Of a stretch of DNA of 64,000 bases, positions 23,489 to 33,249 are shown piece after piece; within the stretch, counting starts at the first letter, position 1, and every line of letters begins with the position of its first letter. The stretch comes from an uncultured Pseudomonadota bacterium (lineage in GTDB: Bacteria > Pseudomonadota > Alphaproteobacteria > JACZXZ01): assembly GCA_963749075.1 (NCBI GenBank), contig CAVVLJ010000016.1, forward strand, positions 640,001 to 704,000. The letters run 5' to 3'. Both the position numbers and the translations under genes were made by a program. The notes below the pieces were generated by a model. It saw nothing but the letters and a program-made list of their open reading frames with translations. It was not told the DNA's origin and made no database searches.

Positions 23489-26472
23489 GCCAGCCCTTCC
23501 GCAACCGCGACGGCGGCCATATCGACCGCGGGCGCACGGTCGGCTTCGCCTTCGACGGGCAACGCTACGAGGGCCATCCGGGCGACACCCTCGCCTCGGC
23601 GCTGCTGGCGAACGGCGTGCGGCTGGTGGCGCGCAGCTTCAAGTATCACCGGCCGCGCGGCATCTTCACCGCCGGCCCCGAGGAGCCGAATGCGCTCGTG
23701 CGCATCCTGGGCGGCGGCACGAGCGAGCCCAACGCGCGCGCCACCATGGTCGAGCTCCGCGACGGGCTCCAGGCCGAGAGCCAGAACCGCTGGCCGTCGC
23801 TCGCTTGCGATCTCCAGGCGGCGAGCGGCCTCTTCGCACCGCTCTTCCCCGCCGGCTTCTACTACAAGACCTTCATGGCGCCGCGCGGCCGCTGGATGTT
23901 TTACGAGCGCTTCATCCGCAAGGCCGCCGGCATCGGCATCGCCCCGCGCGAGCCCGATCCGGACACTTACGAGAAGTCCCACGCCCATTGCGACGTGCTG
24001 GTGGTGGGGGGCGGCCCGGCGGGGCTCGCAGCCGCGTTGGCCGCCGGACGGACCGGTGCCCGCGTCGTCCTCGCCGAGGAGACCGCCGCCTTCGGCGGCC
24101 AGCTCAAGGGCCGCCAAGTGGCGATCGAGGAGGCACCGGCGCTCGACTGGGTCGGCTGGGCGGTGGCCGAGCTCGCCGCCCTCCCGGAGGTGCGGCTCCT
24201 CGCGCGCACCACCGCCTTCGGCTATTACGACCACAATCTCGTGGCGCTTGCCGAGCGGGTGGCCGACCATCTGCCGGCAAGGCCTCCCTATGCGCCGCGC
24301 CAGCGCCTCTGGCACGTGCGTGCGCGCGAGGTGGTGCTGGCAACCGGCGCCATCGAGCGGCCGCTCGTCTTCGCCGGCAATGACCGGCCGGGCGTCATGC
24401 TGGCGGGTGCCGCGCGCTGCTACGCCAATCAGTTCGCCGTGCGCGCGGGCAGCCGCGCGGTCGTCTTCGCCAACAACGACGATGCCTACCGCGCCGCCGT
24501 CGAGCTCGCCGGCGCCGGCGTCGCCGTCGCCGCCATCGTCGACGCACGGCCGAATGTCGGCGGCCCGCTCGAGGCGCTGGCGCGCGCCAAGGACATCGAG
24601 GTCATAACCGGCCACGCCGTCGTGGCTGTCCGCGGCGGACGCCGGGTGCGCGGCGTCGCGGTGGCGGCAATCGACGGGCACGGCATCGCGCACGGGCCTC
24701 AGCGCAGCATCGCCTGCGACCTCCTTGCCGTCTCGGGCGGCTGGAGCCCGAGCGTGCATCTCCATTCCCAGTCGGGCGGCAAGCTCGCCTACGACGAGAC
24801 GCTCGCCGCCTTCGTGCCGGCGGAGGCCAGGCAGCGCGCGCGCTCGGCCGGCGCCGCGCGCGGGCGTCTCACCCTCGCTGCTTGCCTTGCCGACGGCTTT
24901 GCAGCGGGTGCGGCGGCGGCGCGCGAGGCGGGCTTCGGCAACGGCGCGGTAGCGCCGGCGCCGCGCGTCGAGGACGAGGGCGAGCCCGGGCTGCGCCCGC
25001 TCTGGGCTGTCTCCGCGCCGGGCCACAAGGGCAAGCGCTTCGTCGATCTCCAGGACGACGTGACGGTGGAGGACATCGGCCTCGCCGCGCGCGAGGGCTA
25101 CGTCTCGGTCGAGCATCTCAAGCGCTACACCACCCTCGGCATGGGCACCGACCAGGGCAAGACCTCGAACCTCAACGGCCTCGCCATCATGGCGCACTTG
25201 CGCGGCACGGCGATCCCCGCGGCCGGCACCACCACCTTCCGGCCGCCCTACACGCCGGTCGCCTTCGGGGCGTTCGGCGGGCGCGAGACCGGCAAGTCCT
25301 TCCAGGCGACCCGCCGCTCGGCCATGCACGAATGGCACGAGGAGCAGGGTGCCGTCTTCCTCGAAGCGGGCCTCTGGCTGCGCCCGCGCTATTACCCGCG
25401 CGGGCGCGAGGACATGCGCACGGCGGCCGCGCGCGAGGCCAAGCACGTGCGCGAGGCGGTCGGCCTCGTCGACGTCTCCACCCTCGGCAAGATCGAGCTC
25501 GAGGGCAGCGACGCGGCCGAGTTCCTGAACCGCGTCTACGTCAATGGCTGGAAAACGCTTGCGCCGGGCCGCGCGCGCTACGGCCTCATGCTGCGCGAGG
25601 ACGGCATCGTGTTCGACGACGGCACCACCTCGCGCATCGGCGAGCGCCGCTATTTCATGACCACGACCACCGCGAACGCGGCCAAGGTGCTCGCCCATCT
25701 CGAATATTACCTCCAGGTCGCGTGGCCCGATCTCAAGGTGCAGGTGACCTCGGTCACCGAGGAGTGGGCGGCGATGGCGCTCGCCGGGCCTAGGAGCCGC
25801 GCGGTGCTCTCGAGGCTCGCCCAAGCCGACGTGAGCAATGCTGCCTTGCCCTTCATGGGCGTGTGCGATTGCCGCATTGCCGGCGTCCCGGCGCGCGTCT
25901 TCCGCATCAGCTTCTCGGGCGAGCTCGCCTACGAGATCAACGTGCCGGCCGACTGGGGCCGCCAAGTGTGGGAGGCCATCATGGCCGAGGGCAGGAGCGA
26001 GGACATCATCGCCTATGGCACCGAGGCGATGGGCACGCTGCGCATCGAGAAGGGTCATCCGGCCGGCGCCGAGCTCAATGGCCAGACCACGCCCGCGGAC
26101 ATCGGGCTTGGCCATCTGGTCAGCAGCAAGAAAGACTTCATCGGGAGAGCGCTCCTGGCGCGACCTGGGCTTCAGGACCCCGAGCGGCCGCGTCTCGTCG
26201 GCCTCACGCCGCTCGACGGCAAGACGCGCATCGCGAACGGCTGCCAGATCGTGGCGGAGGCGAGCGGGACGGGAACGGCGATCGGCCACGTCACCTCGGT
26301 GGCGTCGAGCCCGGCGCTCGGCCACCCGATAGCACTCGCGCTCGTGGCCGGCGGCTTGAGGCGCAAGGGCGAGACGCTCTATGCCAGCTTCCCGATGCGC
26401 GGCACGGTGATGCCGGTCACGGTCGGCGACAGCGTCTTCGTCGATCCGGAGGGGAGGCGCCTCCATGGCTGA
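23485..26472 (+). CDS. soxA: Sarcosine oxidase alpha subunit
   Basis: GDTLASALLANG, RSFKYHRPRG, GFYYKTFM, KRYTTLGMGTDQGKT, GcvT-like C-terminus (DVSTLGKI, RISFSGELAYE, LRIEKGH); ATGA overlap with soxD. Confidence 0.93.
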   Translation: MSQPFRNRDGGHIDRGRTVGFAFDGQRYEGHPGDTLASALLANGVRLVARSFKYHRPRGIFTAGPEEPNALVRILGGGTSEPNARATMVELRDGLQAESQNRWPSLACDLQAASGLFAPLFPAGFYYKTFMAPRGRWMFYERFIRKAAGIGIAPREPDPDTYEKSHAHCDVLVVGGGPAGLAAALAAGRTGARVVLAEETAAFGGQLKGRQVAIEEAPALDWVGWAVAELAALPEVRLLARTTAFGYYDHNLVALAERVADHLPARPPYAPRQRLWHVRAREVVLATGAIERPLVFAGNDRPGVMLAGAARCYANQFAVRAGSRAVVFANNDDAYRAAVELAGAGVAVAAIVDARPNVGGPLEALARAKDIEVITGHAVVAVRGGRRVRGVAVAAIDGHGIAHGPQRSIACDLLAVSGGWSPSVHLHSQSGGKLAYDETLAAFVPAEARQRARSAGAARGRLTLAACLADGFAAGAAAAREAGFGNGAVAPAPRVEDEGEPGLRPLWAVSAPGHKGKRFVDLQDDVTVEDIGLAAREGYVSVEHLKRYTTLGMGTDQGKTSNLNGLAIMAHLRGTAIPAAGTTTFRPPYTPVAFGAFGGRETGKSFQATRRSAMHEWHEEQGAVFLEAGLWLRPRYYPRGREDMRTAAAREAKHVREAVGLVDVSTLGKIELEGSDAAEFLNRVYVNGWKTLAPGRARYGLMLREDGIVFDDGTTSRIGERRYFMTTTTANAAKVLAHLEYYLQVAWPDLKVQVTSVTEEWAAMALAGPRSRAVLSRLAQADVSNAALPFMGVCDCRIAGVPARVFRISFSGELAYEINVPADWGRQVWEAIMAEGRSEDIIAYGTEAMGTLRIEKGHPAGAELNGQTTPADIGLGHLVSSKKDFIGRALLARPGLQDPERPRLVGLTPLDGKTRIANGCQIVAEASGTGTAIGHVTSVASSPALGHPIALALVAGGLRRKGETLYASFPMRGTVMPVTVGDSVFVDPEGRRLHG

Positions 26473-27073
26473 GACGCTGGCGCGCCGCTCGGCACTCGCT
26501 GCCGTGGCTCACGCCGGCGACTATGGCACGGTGCCCACGAGCGGTCCCGGCGTGGTGCTCGCCGAGCGCCGCGGCTTGGCCATGGTGCAGCTCGCCGCGG
26601 CACCCGACGCTTATGCGAGTGCTGTCGCGCGCGTCACTGCGGCGATCGGCCTCGCATTGCCGACAGCGCCCAATAGCGCCCTCGCGGCGGGCGAACTTGC
26701 CGCCCTGTGGACCGGCCCGGGCAGAGCACTTCTCATCGCCCCCGACGCGCATCCGCTCGAGGAGAAGCTGCGGCAGTCGCTTGCCGATCTCGAGGTGGCG
26801 GTCACGGCGCTTGGTCACGGACGCACGGTGATCCGGCTCTCCGGCAGCCATGTGCGCGACCTCCTCGCCAAGGGCTGCGGGCTCGACTTCCACCCGCGCG
26901 TCTTCGGCGCCGGCAGCGCCGTGCAGAGCGGCTACGCGCACGTCAACGTGCTGCTCCACGCGCTCGACGATTCCCCCACCGTCGATCTTTACGCCGCGCG
27001 CGGCTTCGCCGTCTCGCTCTGGGAGCATCTCCTCGAGGGTGCCCTCGAATACGGCTGCCGGGTCCTCGGATAG
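26465..27073 (+). CDS. soxG: Sarcosine oxidase gamma subunit
   Basis: Follows soxA with overlap; LWTGPG, RDLLAKGCGLDFHP, RGFA.SLW..L motifs. Confidence 0.88.
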   Translation: MAETLARRSALAAVAHAGDYGTVPTSGPGVVLAERRGLAMVQLAAAPDAYASAVARVTAAIGLALPTAPNSALAAGELAALWTGPGRALLIAPDAHPLEEKLRQSLADLEVAVTALGHGRTVIRLSGSHVRDLLAKGCGLDFHPRVFGAGSAVQSGYAHVNVLLHALDDSPTVDLYAARGFAVSLWEHLLEGALEYGCRVLG

Positions 27074-27081
27074 CGCCGCCG

Positions 27082-28617
27082 CTACGCGCCGGGCCACGCG
27101 GCGTCGCCCACGTCCGCGAGGCTGGTCACCAGCTGCAATTCGCCGCTGCGCAAGGCGTCCGCCGGAGCCAGCGTGAGCCGCTGGAAGAGCCTCTCGGGCC
27201 GCGTCCGCTCGGCGCTGAAAAGCCCGACCCAGGCGTTGCGGCCGCCGCGCTTCGCGAGATAGAGCCCGCGGTCGGCAAGCTCCACGACCTGGCTCCAGGC
27301 GATGAGACGCGGATGGGCCGGAAGGAACGGGAAGCAGGCGAATCCCACCGAGCATGTGGCGGTCAGGCTGAGGCCGTCGCCCAGCTCGAAGGGGCTGCCG
27401 CCGACCACTTCGCGCACCCGCTCCGCCATGCCCTGGGCTTCCGAGCGGTTGACCGCGCGGGCCACCACGAGGAACTCCTCGCCGCCCCAGCGTACCAGGT
27501 GATCGGACGCGCGAAAGACCTCCTTGAGACGGTGGTGCATCTCGACCAGCGCCTGGTCGCCGACGGCATGGCCGTAGCGGTCGTTCACCGCTTTGAAATG
27601 GTCGAGATCGACGAGGTAGAAAATCATATCCGCGGTGGCGGGCAACGGCTGCGTCGGACGCCTCAGCCATTGCTCGTAGTGCCGCAGCGTGAGGGCCACG
27701 TCGGCGTCCATGTATTGCTGCAGGAACCGGCGGTTGCGCATGCCGGTCAGCGGGTCCGTCAGGCTGACCTCCTCGATCGCGCGGTAGGCCGCCTCGGCCT
27801 GCTGCCGCTGCTCCGTGATGTCGCGATAGACCCAGGCCACCGCCGAGAACGGCAGCGTGCCGGCGGAGACTTGTGCGGCATAGCGGATGACGACGCGGCC
27901 GTCCTTGAAATGAAGCTCGTCCGTCCGCGGCGCCGGCAACCGGCCGGCCTGCAGGATGTCGAGGCTGTTGTCGACGAAGCCTTCGGGGACCACGAGCTGA
28001 TCGGTGAACGGCTTGAGGAGCTCGGCCGAGATCGGAGGGCCGGACTGGCGCAGCCGGATGTAGTCGTCGCTGAGGCGCCACATCTCCTTGTATCTCTTGT
28101 TCCAGAAGAGGTATTTGCCCTTCGGATCGGACACCATGATGCCGTCGGGAGAGGCCTCGGCGGTAGCCTCGAGCAGGGTGCGAAACTCGCTGAGCCTGCG
28201 CTCCGCCGCACGCCCCGCCCCGCCCTCGGCACCCGAGCTCAAGCCGCCGATGACGGCGCCGGCGTCATCGCGCACCAGCGTGTGGTGCCAATCGACCAGG
28301 CGCGTCCCGCCGCGGCTAGTCAGCACCGCCGTCTCCATGCCCTGGCTGGTCTCGTGCTGCCCGCCGAGAAAGGCCGCATAGAGCGCTCTTTGCTCCTCGC
28401 GCCCGGCTTCCGGCACGAACTCGTCGAACCAATTGCGCCCGAGGGCGTCTTCCTCGCTCACGCCGAGAAGCTCGCAGCCCTTGCGATTTAGGAGGGCCAC
28501 CCTCAGCGCCGTATCGAGCACGACGATGACGACGCCGGCGATATCGAGGTATCTCCGGGCGTGATCGCGCCGCAATTGCAGCGCCAGCTCCTCGTGCTCC
28601 GCGCGCGCGATGGCCAT
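27082..28617 (-). CDS. PAS-PAS-GGDEF diguanylate cyclase
   Basis: Two PAS domains, then TDPLTGMRNRR, DLDHFKAVNDRYGH, I-site RASD and RWGGEEF. Start ATG 28617; the upstream part of the 921-aa ORF overlaps hemC in another frame. Confidence 0.9.
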   Translation of the reverse strand: MAIARAEHEELALQLRRDHARRYLDIAGVVIVVLDTALRVALLNRKGCELLGVSEEDALGRNWFDEFVPEAGREEQRALYAAFLGGQHETSQGMETAVLTSRGGTRLVDWHHTLVRDDAGAVIGGLSSGAEGGAGRAAERRLSEFRTLLEATAEASPDGIMVSDPKGKYLFWNKRYKEMWRLSDDYIRLRQSGPPISAELLKPFTDQLVVPEGFVDNSLDILQAGRLPAPRTDELHFKDGRVVIRYAAQVSAGTLPFSAVAWVYRDITEQRQQAEAAYRAIEEVSLTDPLTGMRNRRFLQQYMDADVALTLRHYEQWLRRPTQPLPATADMIFYLVDLDHFKAVNDRYGHAVGDQALVEMHHRLKEVFRASDHLVRWGGEEFLVVARAVNRSEAQGMAERVREVVGGSPFELGDGLSLTATCSVGFACFPFLPAHPRLIAWSQVVELADRGLYLAKRGGRNAWVGLFSAERTRPERLFQRLTLAPADALRSGELQLVTSLADVGDAAWPGA

Positions 28618-28652
28618 GCCTTCATTTATACCACAAAAGAATGTAAATCTAT

Positions 28653-29591
28653 TCAGGTAAGGGCCGCAAAGAAGCCCTTCCCCGCCATCGCCTTGAGCGC
28701 GGCACCGGCCTCGCGGCCGATGCGCAGGGCGTCGCCGTGGGGGCCGCTCACGGCCGTGCGATGGATGGCGCTGCCGTCGGGCATGGCGACGAGACCGCGG
28801 AGCGTGAGCTCGCCGCCGCTTGCGATCACGGCGAGCCCGGCGATGGGCGTGCGGCACGAGCCCTCGAGCTCGGCGAGCATGGCGCGCTCGGCTGCGACCG
28901 CCAAAGCGCTCGGCGCGTGGTCGAGAGGGACAAGCCAAGCCCGCGCGCGCGCGTCGTCGGCGCGGATCTCGACGGCGAGGGCGCCCTGCGCCACCGCGGG
29001 CAGCATCTCCTCCGGCTCGAGGATGCTGCGCGCGGCATCCTGCCTGCCGATGCGGCGCAGCCCGGCGATGCCGAGGATGGTGGCGTCCGCCTGGCCGGCG
29101 CCGAGCTTGTCGATGCGCGTCCCGGCATTGCCGCGGAAGGGTACCACCTTGAGGGCGGGCCAGCGGGCGAGAATCTGGGCCTGGCGGCGCGGCGAGCTCG
29201 TGCCCACCACGGCACCCGAAGGCAGCGCTGCGATGCGCTCGGCGTGCGGCGAGACGAAGGCGTCGCGCGGGTCGTCGCGCTTGAGGATGCAGGCGAGCTC
29301 GAGGCCGCGGGGCAGGAAGCCCGGCACGTCCTTGGCCGAATGCACGGCTATGTCGATGCGCCCCCCCGCTAACGCCTCCTCGATCTCCTTGATGAAGAGG
29401 CCCTTGCCGCCGATCTCGGCGAGGGCGCGGTCCTGCACCCGGTCGCCCGAGGTCTTGATCGCCACGATCTCGATGGCGCCCGCCGCGGCCAGCGCGGGAT
29501 GAGCCGCCATCAGCGCGTCGCGCACCTGGTGCGCCTGGACGAGCGCCATGGGGCTGCCGCGCGTGCCGATGCGGAGAAGTGCGGTGGCCAC
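28653..29591 (-). CDS. hemC: Hydroxymethylbilane synthase (porphobilinogen deaminase)
   Basis: RIGTRGS.MA..QA, GGKGLF.KEIE, VHSAKD, GTSSPRR, RGN, PAVAQGAL, LEGSC.TPI; GTG start 29591. Confidence 0.95.
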   Translation of the reverse strand: MATALLRIGTRGSPMALVQAHQVRDALMAAHPALAAAGAIEIVAIKTSGDRVQDRALAEIGGKGLFIKEIEEALAGGRIDIAVHSAKDVPGFLPRGLELACILKRDDPRDAFVSPHAERIAALPSGAVVGTSSPRRQAQILARWPALKVVPFRGNAGTRIDKLGAGQADATILGIAGLRRIGRQDAARSILEPEEMLPAVAQGALAVEIRADDARARAWLVPLDHAPSALAVAAERAMLAELEGSCRTPIAGLAVIASGGELTLRGLVAMPDGSAIHRTAVSGPHGDALRIGREAGAALKAMAGKGFFAALT

Positions 29592-29743
29592 GGCCGAACC
29601 TCGATCCTCGCGAGCCTTGAACCGCCCATTGATCGGGGAGAACCCGCGCAAGATCAAGTGGCAACTCAGGATCTTCGCCTTCGCTGCAGCCTCGCCGCGC
29701 GGGCGCCGATGCGCTATGAGTGGGGCAAAACGGGAGGGATGGC

Positions 29744-30700
29744 ATGGCGCTCGCAAAAGGCACCAAGGTCGCGGTCATAGGCGCAGGCCTGATCGGCCGC
29801 TCCTGGGCCATCGTCTTCGCGCGCGCCGGCGCCGAGGTGGCGGTCATCGACGCCGACGAGACGCTCGGCCGCGCCGCACTCGGCGAGGTCCGCCGCGGGC
29901 TCGAGGTCCTGGCGGAAGACGGCCTCCTCGAGGAGGCGCCGGCAGCAGCACTCGCGCGCGTGAGCCTGGCGCCCTGCCTGGCCGAAGCGCTGGCGGGCGC
30001 CGCTTACATCCAGGAGAGCGTCGCCGAGACCCTCGAGGCCAAGCGTGCGATCTTCGCCGCGCTCGACGAAGTGGCAGGGCCGCGGACTCTGCTCGCGAGC
30101 TCGACCTCGAACATCCCGGGCTCGCAATTCATGGAGGGGATCAAGGCCCGCGCCCGCGCGCTCGTGGCGCACCCGGTCAACCCGCCGCACCTTGTGCCGC
30201 TCGTCGAGCTCGTGCCGACGCCCTGGACCGGCCCCGATACGGTCGCCAGCGCCAAGGAGCTCTTGGCCTCAGCGGGCCAGGTGCCCATCGTGCTCAAGCG
30301 CGAAGTCGAGGGCTTCATCCTCAACCGCCTGCAGGCAGCGCTCGTGAGCGAGGCCTTCCGCCTCGTCGAGGACGGCTATGTCTCGACCGAGGACCTGGAC
30401 AAGACGGTCAGGCACGGCCTCGGCCTGCGCTGGTCCTTCATGGGCCCGTTCGAGACCATCGACCTCAACGCACCCGGCGGCGTGCGCGACTATGCGGTGC
30501 GCTACGGTGCCGCCATCCGGCGCCTCGTCGAGCAGCAGGCCGACCCGCGGCCCTGGCCTGAGAGCCTGATCGAGCGCATCGAGGCCGAGCGCCGCGCCCT
30601 TCTCCCGGCGGACAGGCTCGCCGAGCGCGCCCATTGGCGCGACCGCCGCCTGGCCGCGCTCCTCGCCCACAAGCGCGAGCAGGAAGCGAGCGGACGCTGA
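29744..30700 (+). CDS. 3-hydroxyacyl-CoA dehydrogenase family (L-gulonate 3-dehydrogenase / carnitine dehydrogenase-like)
   Basis: VIGAGLIGRSW, QESVAE, SSTS, HPVNPPHLVPLVE, GFILNRLQ, GLGLRW.FMGPF. Confidence 0.88.
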   Translation: MALAKGTKVAVIGAGLIGRSWAIVFARAGAEVAVIDADETLGRAALGEVRRGLEVLAEDGLLEEAPAAALARVSLAPCLAEALAGAAYIQESVAETLEAKRAIFAALDEVAGPRTLLASSTSNIPGSQFMEGIKARARALVAHPVNPPHLVPLVELVPTPWTGPDTVASAKELLASAGQVPIVLKREVEGFILNRLQAALVSEAFRLVEDGYVSTEDLDKTVRHGLGLRWSFMGPFETIDLNAPGGVRDYAVRYGAAIRRLVEQQADPRPWPESLIERIEAERRALLPADRLAERAHWRDRRLAALLAHKREQEASGR

Positions 30701-30709
30701 GTCCGCGGC

Positions 30710-30738
30710 TTGACACGTTGTCCGCTACAAGAGACAAT
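30710..30738 (+). promoter_or_regulatory. Sigma70 promoter with an overlapping operator palindrome for the TA operon
   Basis: TTGACA (30710-30715), 17 bp, GACAAT (30733-30738); inverted repeat TTGTC-N10-GACAA (30718-30737); the toxin GTG at 30744 is near the expected +1. Confidence 0.65.
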
Positions 30739-30743
30739 CCGCC

Positions 30744-31036
30744 GTGATCAAGGTTCGGCAGACTGACGAGTTCGCCGACTGGTTTGCGAGAGCTGAGAGG
30801 ATCGCGAAGCTCGCGCCCGCATCACGGTTCGCATCCGCCGCTTGTCGCTTGGCAACGCGGGTGACGTGAAGCCGGCGGGCAGCGGCGTCTCGGAAATGCG
30901 AATCGACTACGGCCCCGGTTACCGGGTGTATTTCGTGCGGCGCGGCGACGCGATCGTGATCTTGCTCTGCGGCGGCGACAAACGGACGCAGGATCGCGAC
31001 ATCGCGCGCGCCGTCGAACTGGCGCAAGAGGTTTGA
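30744..31036 (+). CDS. RelE/HigB-like addiction module killer toxin, frameshifted near 30789-30799
   Basis: GTG 30744 reads MIKVRQTDEFADWFA. Removing two extra bases gives ELRDREARARITVRIRRLSLGNAGDVKP..GVSEMRIDYGPGYRVYF..LLCGGDKRTQDRDI, about 96 aa. Confidence 0.85.
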
Positions 31037-31047
31037 GAGAGGGCGAT

Positions 31048-31329
31048 ATGGCTCGCAAGACTCGCCGCTGGGATGCTGCCGATACTCTGAAGACCAAGGA
31101 GGATATCGCCGCCTATCTCGACGCCGTGCTTGAGGACGGCGACCCAGATTTGTTGAAGGCTGCGCTGGGCAACGTCGCCCGCGCCAAGGGCATGACCGAG
31201 ATCGCCCAGGCCGCGGGACTCGGCCGAGCCAATCTCTACAAGGCGCTGTCGCCTGACGGCAATCCGGAGTTCGCGACTGTCGCCAAGGTTCTGCGCGCGC
31301 TCGGCCTGCGGCTCACAATCGCCGCCTGA
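31048..31329 (+). CDS. Addiction module antidote protein (HigA-like HTH antitoxin)
   Basis: WDAAD.L...[20 protein letters not shown]...[23 protein letters not shown]. Confidence 0.9.
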   Translation: MARKTRRWDAADTLKTKEDIAAYLDAVLEDGDPDLLKAALGNVARAKGMTEIAQAAGLGRANLYKALSPDGNPEFATVAKVLRALGLRLTIAA

Positions 31330-31475
31330 ACGGCGGCCGCCTTCTCGAGCGTAGCGCATATTGTGCTGCGACCGTCGATGCCACTCCCGCTCCGTTCCTG
31401 GGTTTGACGCGAGCCTATGGCGCGGACGAGAATGGCGCCCGCCGGGCCGCACCGCGGCTGTGGCGGGGGAGGACC

Positions 31476-32252
31476 ATGGCGCGCCGGCTGATCGACATCT
31501 CGATGCATCTGGAGAACGACGTGGTCTCGGACCCGCCGGGCTACGGGCCGCGCATCGAGTACTTGACGCACCGCAATACCGCGGCCGACGTGGTGAAGTT
31601 CTTCCCCGGCCTCAAGGAGGAGGACCTGCCCGAGGGCCAGGGCTGGGCGATCGAGTGGATCCGCCTCATGACGCACAACGGCACCCATCTCGACGCGCCC
31701 TATCACTTCCATGAGACGATGAATCGCGGCGAGCGCGCGATCACGATCGACGAGGTGCCGCTCGACTGGTGCCTGAGGCCCGGCGTCAAGCTCGACTTCC
31801 GCCATCTCGCGGACGGCCACGTGGTGAGCGCCCGCGAGGTCGAGGCCGAGCTCGCGCGCATCGGCCACGCGCTCGAGCCCTTCGACATCGTGCTCGTCAA
31901 CACGCGCGCCGGCAGCGCCTACGGCCAGGCCGACTACGTCTCGGCCGGCTGCGGCATGGGCCGCGAGGCGACGCTTTATCTCCTCGAGCAGGGCGTGCGG
32001 CTCACCGGCACCGACGCCTGGAGCTGGGACGCGCCCTTCGTCCATACGCGGGAGCAATACCGCGAGACGGGCGACGCCTCGCTCATCTGGGAGGGCCACA
32101 AGGCCGGGCGCGAGATCGGCTATTGCCATCTCGAGAAGCTGCACAATCTCGAGGTCCTGCCGTCGCGAGGCTTCGTCGTGAGCTGCTTTCCCGTCAAGAT
32201 CCGCGGCGCCTCGGCGGGCTGGACCCGCGCCGTCGCCATCCTCGAGGACTGA
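31476..32252 (+). CDS. Cyclase-family protein (kynurenine formamidase-like metal hydrolase)
   Basis: [12 protein letters not shown] metal motif, [26 protein letters not shown]; RBS GGAGG. Confidence 0.9.
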   Translation: MARRLIDISMHLENDVVSDPPGYGPRIEYLTHRNTAADVVKFFPGLKEEDLPEGQGWAIEWIRLMTHNGTHLDAPYHFHETMNRGERAITIDEVPLDWCLRPGVKLDFRHLADGHVVSAREVEAELARIGHALEPFDIVLVNTRAGSAYGQADYVSAGCGMGREATLYLLEQGVRLTGTDAWSWDAPFVHTREQYRETGDASLIWEGHKAGREIGYCHLEKLHNLEVLPSRGFVVSCFPVKIRGASAGWTRAVAILED

Positions 32253-32287
32253 ACAAAACGCGCGACTAGAAGGGGGGAGTTCCAAGC

Positions 32288-33217
32288 ATGGCACGAAAGG
32301 TCATCATCACCTGCGCGGTCACGGGCTCGATCCATACGCCCACCATGTCGCCGCATCTCCCGCTGACGCCCGACGAGATCGCGCGCGATTCCGTGGCGGC
32401 GGCCGAGGCGGGCGCCTCGATCATCCACCTCCATGCGCGCGATCCCAAGACCGGCAAGCCGACGCCCGATCCCGCCGTCTTCATGGAGTTCCTGCCGCGC
32501 ATCAAGCAGGGCTGCGATGCGGTGGTCAACATCACCACCGGCGGCGGCCAGGGCATGACGGTGCAAGAGCGCCTGGCCGCCCCCTTGCGCGCCAAGCCCG
32601 AGATGACCTCGCTCAACATGGGCTCGATGAACTTCGGCCTCTACCCCATGCTGGCTCGCTACAAGGAGTGGAAGTACGATTGGGAGCCGGCGCACCTCGA
32701 GGCTTCGCGAGATGCCATCTTCAGAAACACTTTCAAGGATATAGAGTATATCCTTAAGGAATTAGGCGAGGGTTGCGGGACGCGCTTCGAGTTCGAGTGC
32801 TACGACATCGGCCACCTCTACAACCTTGCGCACTTTCTTGAGCGCGGCCTGGTCAAGCCGCCGCTCTTCGTGCAGACCATCTACGGCATCCTCGGCGGCA
32901 TCGGCGCCGATCCCGAGAACCTCATGCACATGCGGCGCATCGCCGACAAGCTCTTCGGCGGCGATTACGAGTGGTCGATCCTCGCCGCCGGGCGCCACCA
33001 GATGAATTTCATCACCATGGGCGCCATCATGGGCGGCAACGTGCGCGTCGGGCTCGAGGATTCGCTCTATCTCGCCAAGGGCCAGCTCGCCAAGAGCAAC
33101 GCCGACCAGGTCGCCAAGATCAAGCGCATCATCGAGGAGCTCTCCCTCGAGGTGGCGACGCCCAAGGAGGCGCGCGCCATCCTCAAGCTCAAAGGCGGCG
33201 ACCAGGTGGCGTTCTGA
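32288..33217 (+). CDS. Beta-keto acid cleavage enzyme (BKACE / DUF849 family)
   Basis: VIITCAVTG, IIHLHARD, SLNMGSMNFG, FECYD.GH, NVRVGLED. Confidence 0.92.
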   Translation: MARKVIITCAVTGSIHTPTMSPHLPLTPDEIARDSVAAAEAGASIIHLHARDPKTGKPTPDPAVFMEFLPRIKQGCDAVVNITTGGGQGMTVQERLAAPLRAKPEMTSLNMGSMNFGLYPMLARYKEWKYDWEPAHLEASRDAIFRNTFKDIEYILKELGEGCGTRFEFECYDIGHLYNLAHFLERGLVKPPLFVQTIYGILGGIGADPENLMHMRRIADKLFGGDYEWSILAAGRHQMNFITMGAIMGGNVRVGLEDSLYLAKGQLAKSNADQVAKIKRIIEELSLEVATPKEARAILKLKGGDQVAF

Positions 33218-33249
33218 GGAGACTTTGAGGAGGCTCGCAGTGCCATCGT

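Noticed and set aside
27082-29847. 921-aa ORF suggesting a long N-terminal extension or a hemC-GGDEF fusion
   Set aside because: The first ~410 codons are an Arg/Pro-rich off-frame read-through of hemC. hemC has its own stop at 28653 and the cyclase starts at 28617.
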